Source of the DNA: Chloroflexota bacterium
GTDB taxonomy: Bacteria; Chloroflexota; Limnocylindria; QHBO01
Length of the DNA stretch: 64,000 bases
Direction: 5' to 3'
Assembly (NCBI GenBank): GCA_025699005.1
Contig: JAILWI010000002.1
Location: 217,778 to 281,777 of the forward strand
Shown here: positions 61,660 through 64,000 of the stretch, piece by piece
How positions within the stretch are numbered: position 1 is the stretch's first letter
How the letters are laid out: each line of letters opens with the position of its first letter
Program-made: the position numbers and the translations under genes
Notes under the pieces: model-generated
Database searches by the model: none
What the model saw: the letters and a program-made list of their open reading frames with translations, nothing else
Told to the model about the DNA's origin: nothing

Positions 61660-63176
61660 CCCAACGTCACCGTCTGCCGATGCTTCGGGATCACCGCCTC
61701 CATCCCGAGCTCCTTCCGCACCCGCTCGGCGAAGGCCTCGGCGGCGTCCGGGTCGCCGTGAACGATGAACACGGTCTTCGGCTTCCCGTCGCCGGCGAAG
61801 TGCCCCAGCCAGGTCTCGAGCTCCTCCTGGTCGGCGTGGGCCGAGAAGCCGGAGATCGATCGGATCCGGCACTTGACCTCGATCTCCTGGCCGTCGATCC
61901 GCGCCGTCTTCCCGCCGTCCTGGAGATGGCGTCCGAGCGTTCCCTGGCCCTGGTAGCCGATGAACAGGAGCGTGCAGGACGGGTCGGGAAGGAAGTCCTT
62001 GAGGTGATGCATGATCCGGCCGCCGGTGAGCATGCCGGACGAGGCCACGACCATGATCGGACGCTCGGCCGTGCGGATCGCCTTCGACTCGTCGACGGAG
62101 TCGGTGAACTGCTGGCCGGGGTAGCTGAGCGGCGACTCGCCGGAGCGAAGGAGCTTCGCGGTCTCGTCGTCGTAGATCTCCGGGTGATCGAGGTAGACGT
62201 CGGTGGCGCGGGATGCCATCGGCGAATCGAGGTAGAGCGGGACGCGAGGGATGCGACCGTCGCGCGCAAGGTCGTCCAGGACCCAGATGAGCTCCTGGGT
62301 CCGGCCGATGGCGAAGGCCGGCACGAGGAGGACGCCGCGATCGTCGCGGACCTCGCTGATCGCGGCCACGAGCTCCTCGATCGCGTCGTCGTGTGACGCG
62401 TGCTCGCGGTTGCCGTAGGTGGACTCGATGACGACGTGGTCGGCGTGTGCGATCGGCGTCGGGTCGCGGATGATCGGCGACCCGTCGCGGCCGAGGTCTC
62501 CGGAGAAGATGATCGTGCGCTCGTCGTCGCCGTCACGGACCCGGAGCTCGATGATCGCCGAGCCGAGGATGTGGCCCGCGTCGTGGAGCACCGCGGTCAC
62601 GCCGTCGGTGACCGCGATCTCGGCGCCGTAGTCGGCACCCTGGAAGAGGGTCATCGTCCGCTCGACGTCCTCCTCGTCGTAGATCGGCTCGCGCGTCTCG
62701 GTTCGGCCCTCCGGGCGCGCGTTCCTCATGCGCTCCGGGAGCGTCTCGTCGTCGACCTCGAGCGCCTCGGCCTCGTTCTCGAGATCGGCCTCCCTCTCGT
62801 CCGCCTCCTTCGCGGCGGCCTTCTTCGCCTGTCGACGGTTCCAGCGCTCCGTGAACTCCACCTGCAGCTTCGCCGAGTCGCGCAGGACGATCTCGGCGAG
62901 GTCGACCGTTGCCCCCGTGGCGTGGATCGGCCCGTCATACCCGGCCTTGACGAGCGCGGGCAGCCGTCCGCAATGGTCGAGATGGGCATGCGTCAAGATC
63001 ACGGCGTCCAGGGCATCGGCGTCGAAGGCGAACGGCAGCCGGTTGCGCGCAACCTCCTCCGGCGAGCCCTGGAACATGCCGCAGTCCACGAGCACGCGAC
63101 GGTCGGCGACGGTGACGAGGAACTGCGAGCCGGTCACGCCACCGGCCGCGCCGAGGAACTGGATGCTGATGCTCAT
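61656..63176 (-). CDS. MBL-fold beta-CASP family ribonuclease (CPSF/RNase J-like, RNA-metabolising metallo-beta-lactamase)
   Basis: HAHLDHCG motif 2, beta-CASP motifs and C-terminal RNA-specificity region. 506 aa. Confidence 0.8.
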   Translation of the reverse strand: MSISIQFLGAAGGVTGSQFLVTVADRRVLVDCGMFQGSPEEVARNRLPFAFDADALDAVILTHAHLDHCGRLPALVKAGYDGPIHATGATVDLAEIVLRDSAKLQVEFTERWNRRQAKKAAAKEADEREADLENEAEALEVDDETLPERMRNARPEGRTETREPIYDEEDVERTMTLFQGADYGAEIAVTDGVTAVLHDAGHILGSAIIELRVRDGDDERTIIFSGDLGRDGSPIIRDPTPIAHADHVVIESTYGNREHASHDDAIEELVAAISEVRDDRGVLLVPAFAIGRTQELIWVLDDLARDGRIPRVPLYLDSPMASRATDVYLDHPEIYDDETAKLLRSGESPLSYPGQQFTDSVDESKAIRTAERPIMVVASSGMLTGGRIMHHLKDFLPDPSCTLLFIGYQGQGTLGRHLQDGGKTARIDGQEIEVKCRIRSISGFSAHADQEELETWLGHFAGDGKPKTVFIVHGDPDAAEAFAERVRKELGMEAVIPKHRQTVTLG

Positions 63177-63949
63177 GGGGCCTCCGTTGCTTCAGTGTCC
63201 GCGACGAGGGCCAGGCCCTCGATCGCACCGTCGCGCATGCGTCCGAGGAATCGGCCGGCGCGCGACGTCTCCACCGAGGCAGGATCGATGCCGAGCACCT
63301 CGGCGAAGCCATCGCACGACCCATCCACGCCGTCGCACAGCCGGGCTTCGCCGTCCTCGACGGACAGCGTGCCGTCGAGCCAGATCCAGCCCGGCGGCTC
63401 CTGGTCGGCCGCCACGGACGGGTCGAACACCTCGCCCGGCTCGGGGCCGTGCGCCGTCGTCCCGCCCGGGCACGCGTCGTCGACCGACGTCGTGTCCCCG
63501 CGCACGCCGCGCGCCTCGGTCTCCGATCCCACGATGAGGGACGTTGGCTTGTCGATCGTCTCCGACCGCAGGGCGTAGGCGAGCAGGCCGGTGCCGCCGT
63601 CGCCGGCCAGGAGCCGGCCATCGGCGGCATAGACGGCCCTCGTCATCGGGTCGATGAAGCGCCGCGCGTCGGGACACCAGGCCACGAGCGAGCGAAGCCG
63701 TCCTCGCGGTCCGGGCGCTTCGGCGTCGAGGACCCAGGGACGAGCCCCGTCGTCGACCACGACGAACGCGGGGCGCCCGTCGTCGAGCCGGATGGCGGCG
63801 GCGGTGCCGCGCTCGGGGAGTGCCACGGTACCGAGGTCGCCTCCGGGCGGGGTGGCGATCCCCCCGAAGATGTAGGCATAGCCGACGACCATGGCGCCGG
63901 TGGCGAGCGCCGCGATTCCGATGAGCAGGCGCCGGCCGAGATCACGCAC
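63173..63949 (-). CDS. exported/membrane-anchored hypothetical protein
   Basis: N-terminal TM/signal segment, 258 aa. Stop overlaps the start of the MBL nuclease gene. Confidence 0.45.
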   Translation of the reverse strand: MRDLGRRLLIGIAALATGAMVVGYAYIFGGIATPPGGDLGTVALPERGTAAAIRLDDGRPAFVVVDDGARPWVLDAEAPGPRGRLRSLVAWCPDARRFIDPMTRAVYAADGRLLAGDGGTGLLAYALRSETIDKPTSLIVGSETEARGVRGDTTSVDDACPGGTTAHGPEPGEVFDPSVAADQEPPGWIWLDGTLSVEDGEARLCDGVDGSCDGFAEVLGIDPASVETSRAGRFLGRMRDGAIEGLALVADTEATEAP

Positions 63950-64000
63950 GCGGCCGATGATGCCACGAAGTCCCTCTATGATCGGGGCATGCCCTTCCCG

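Overview
High-GC (about 70%) actinobacterial-type chromosomal segment, densely coding (about 58 CDS plus one tRNA-Gly). Every feature call and sequence motif below rests on reading the supplied six-frame translations and nucleotides by eye; no searches were run. There is no CRISPR array, transposase, integrase or prophage signature. The content is mostly housekeeping or accessory metabolism: an S9 peptidase, GDPD, a TetR-MMPL pair, LLM/F420 oxidoreductases, a CoA-transferase, NAD-malic enzyme, an LCP protein, a GH15 hydrolase, a GGDEF cyclase, ABC transporters, CopA, a GlgM-like GT4, Lhr helicase and an amino-acid ABC importer.

The most interesting part is a roughly 20 kb stretch (about 36.9-57 kb). 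It clusters a NarL-family regulator with strong DevR/DosR-like motifs and a DosS-like GAF histidine kinase together with two divergent CBS-pair genes, a CBS-BON gene, two tandem-USP genes, a CtpF-like P-type ATPase, a Ca2+/cation exchanger and a phosphoketolase-acetate kinase operon. This is a dormancy/hypoxia-type regulon concentrated in one locus. The kinase appears to have lost the heme GAF-A domain. A repeated AAGGTCCCG-type motif sits upstream of several of these genes and of the GH15 gene, and may be the regulon operator. Other candidate cis elements are a perfect Gram-positive-type SOS box (TCGAAC-N4-GTTCGA) between the kinase and lhr, a CsoR-like operator at copA with no csoR in cis, a 20-bp perfect palindrome upstream of a secreted S1 protease, and TetR-type inverted repeats in the TetR/MMPL divergent region. 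Nucleotide coordinates of short motifs are approximate (±2 bp).
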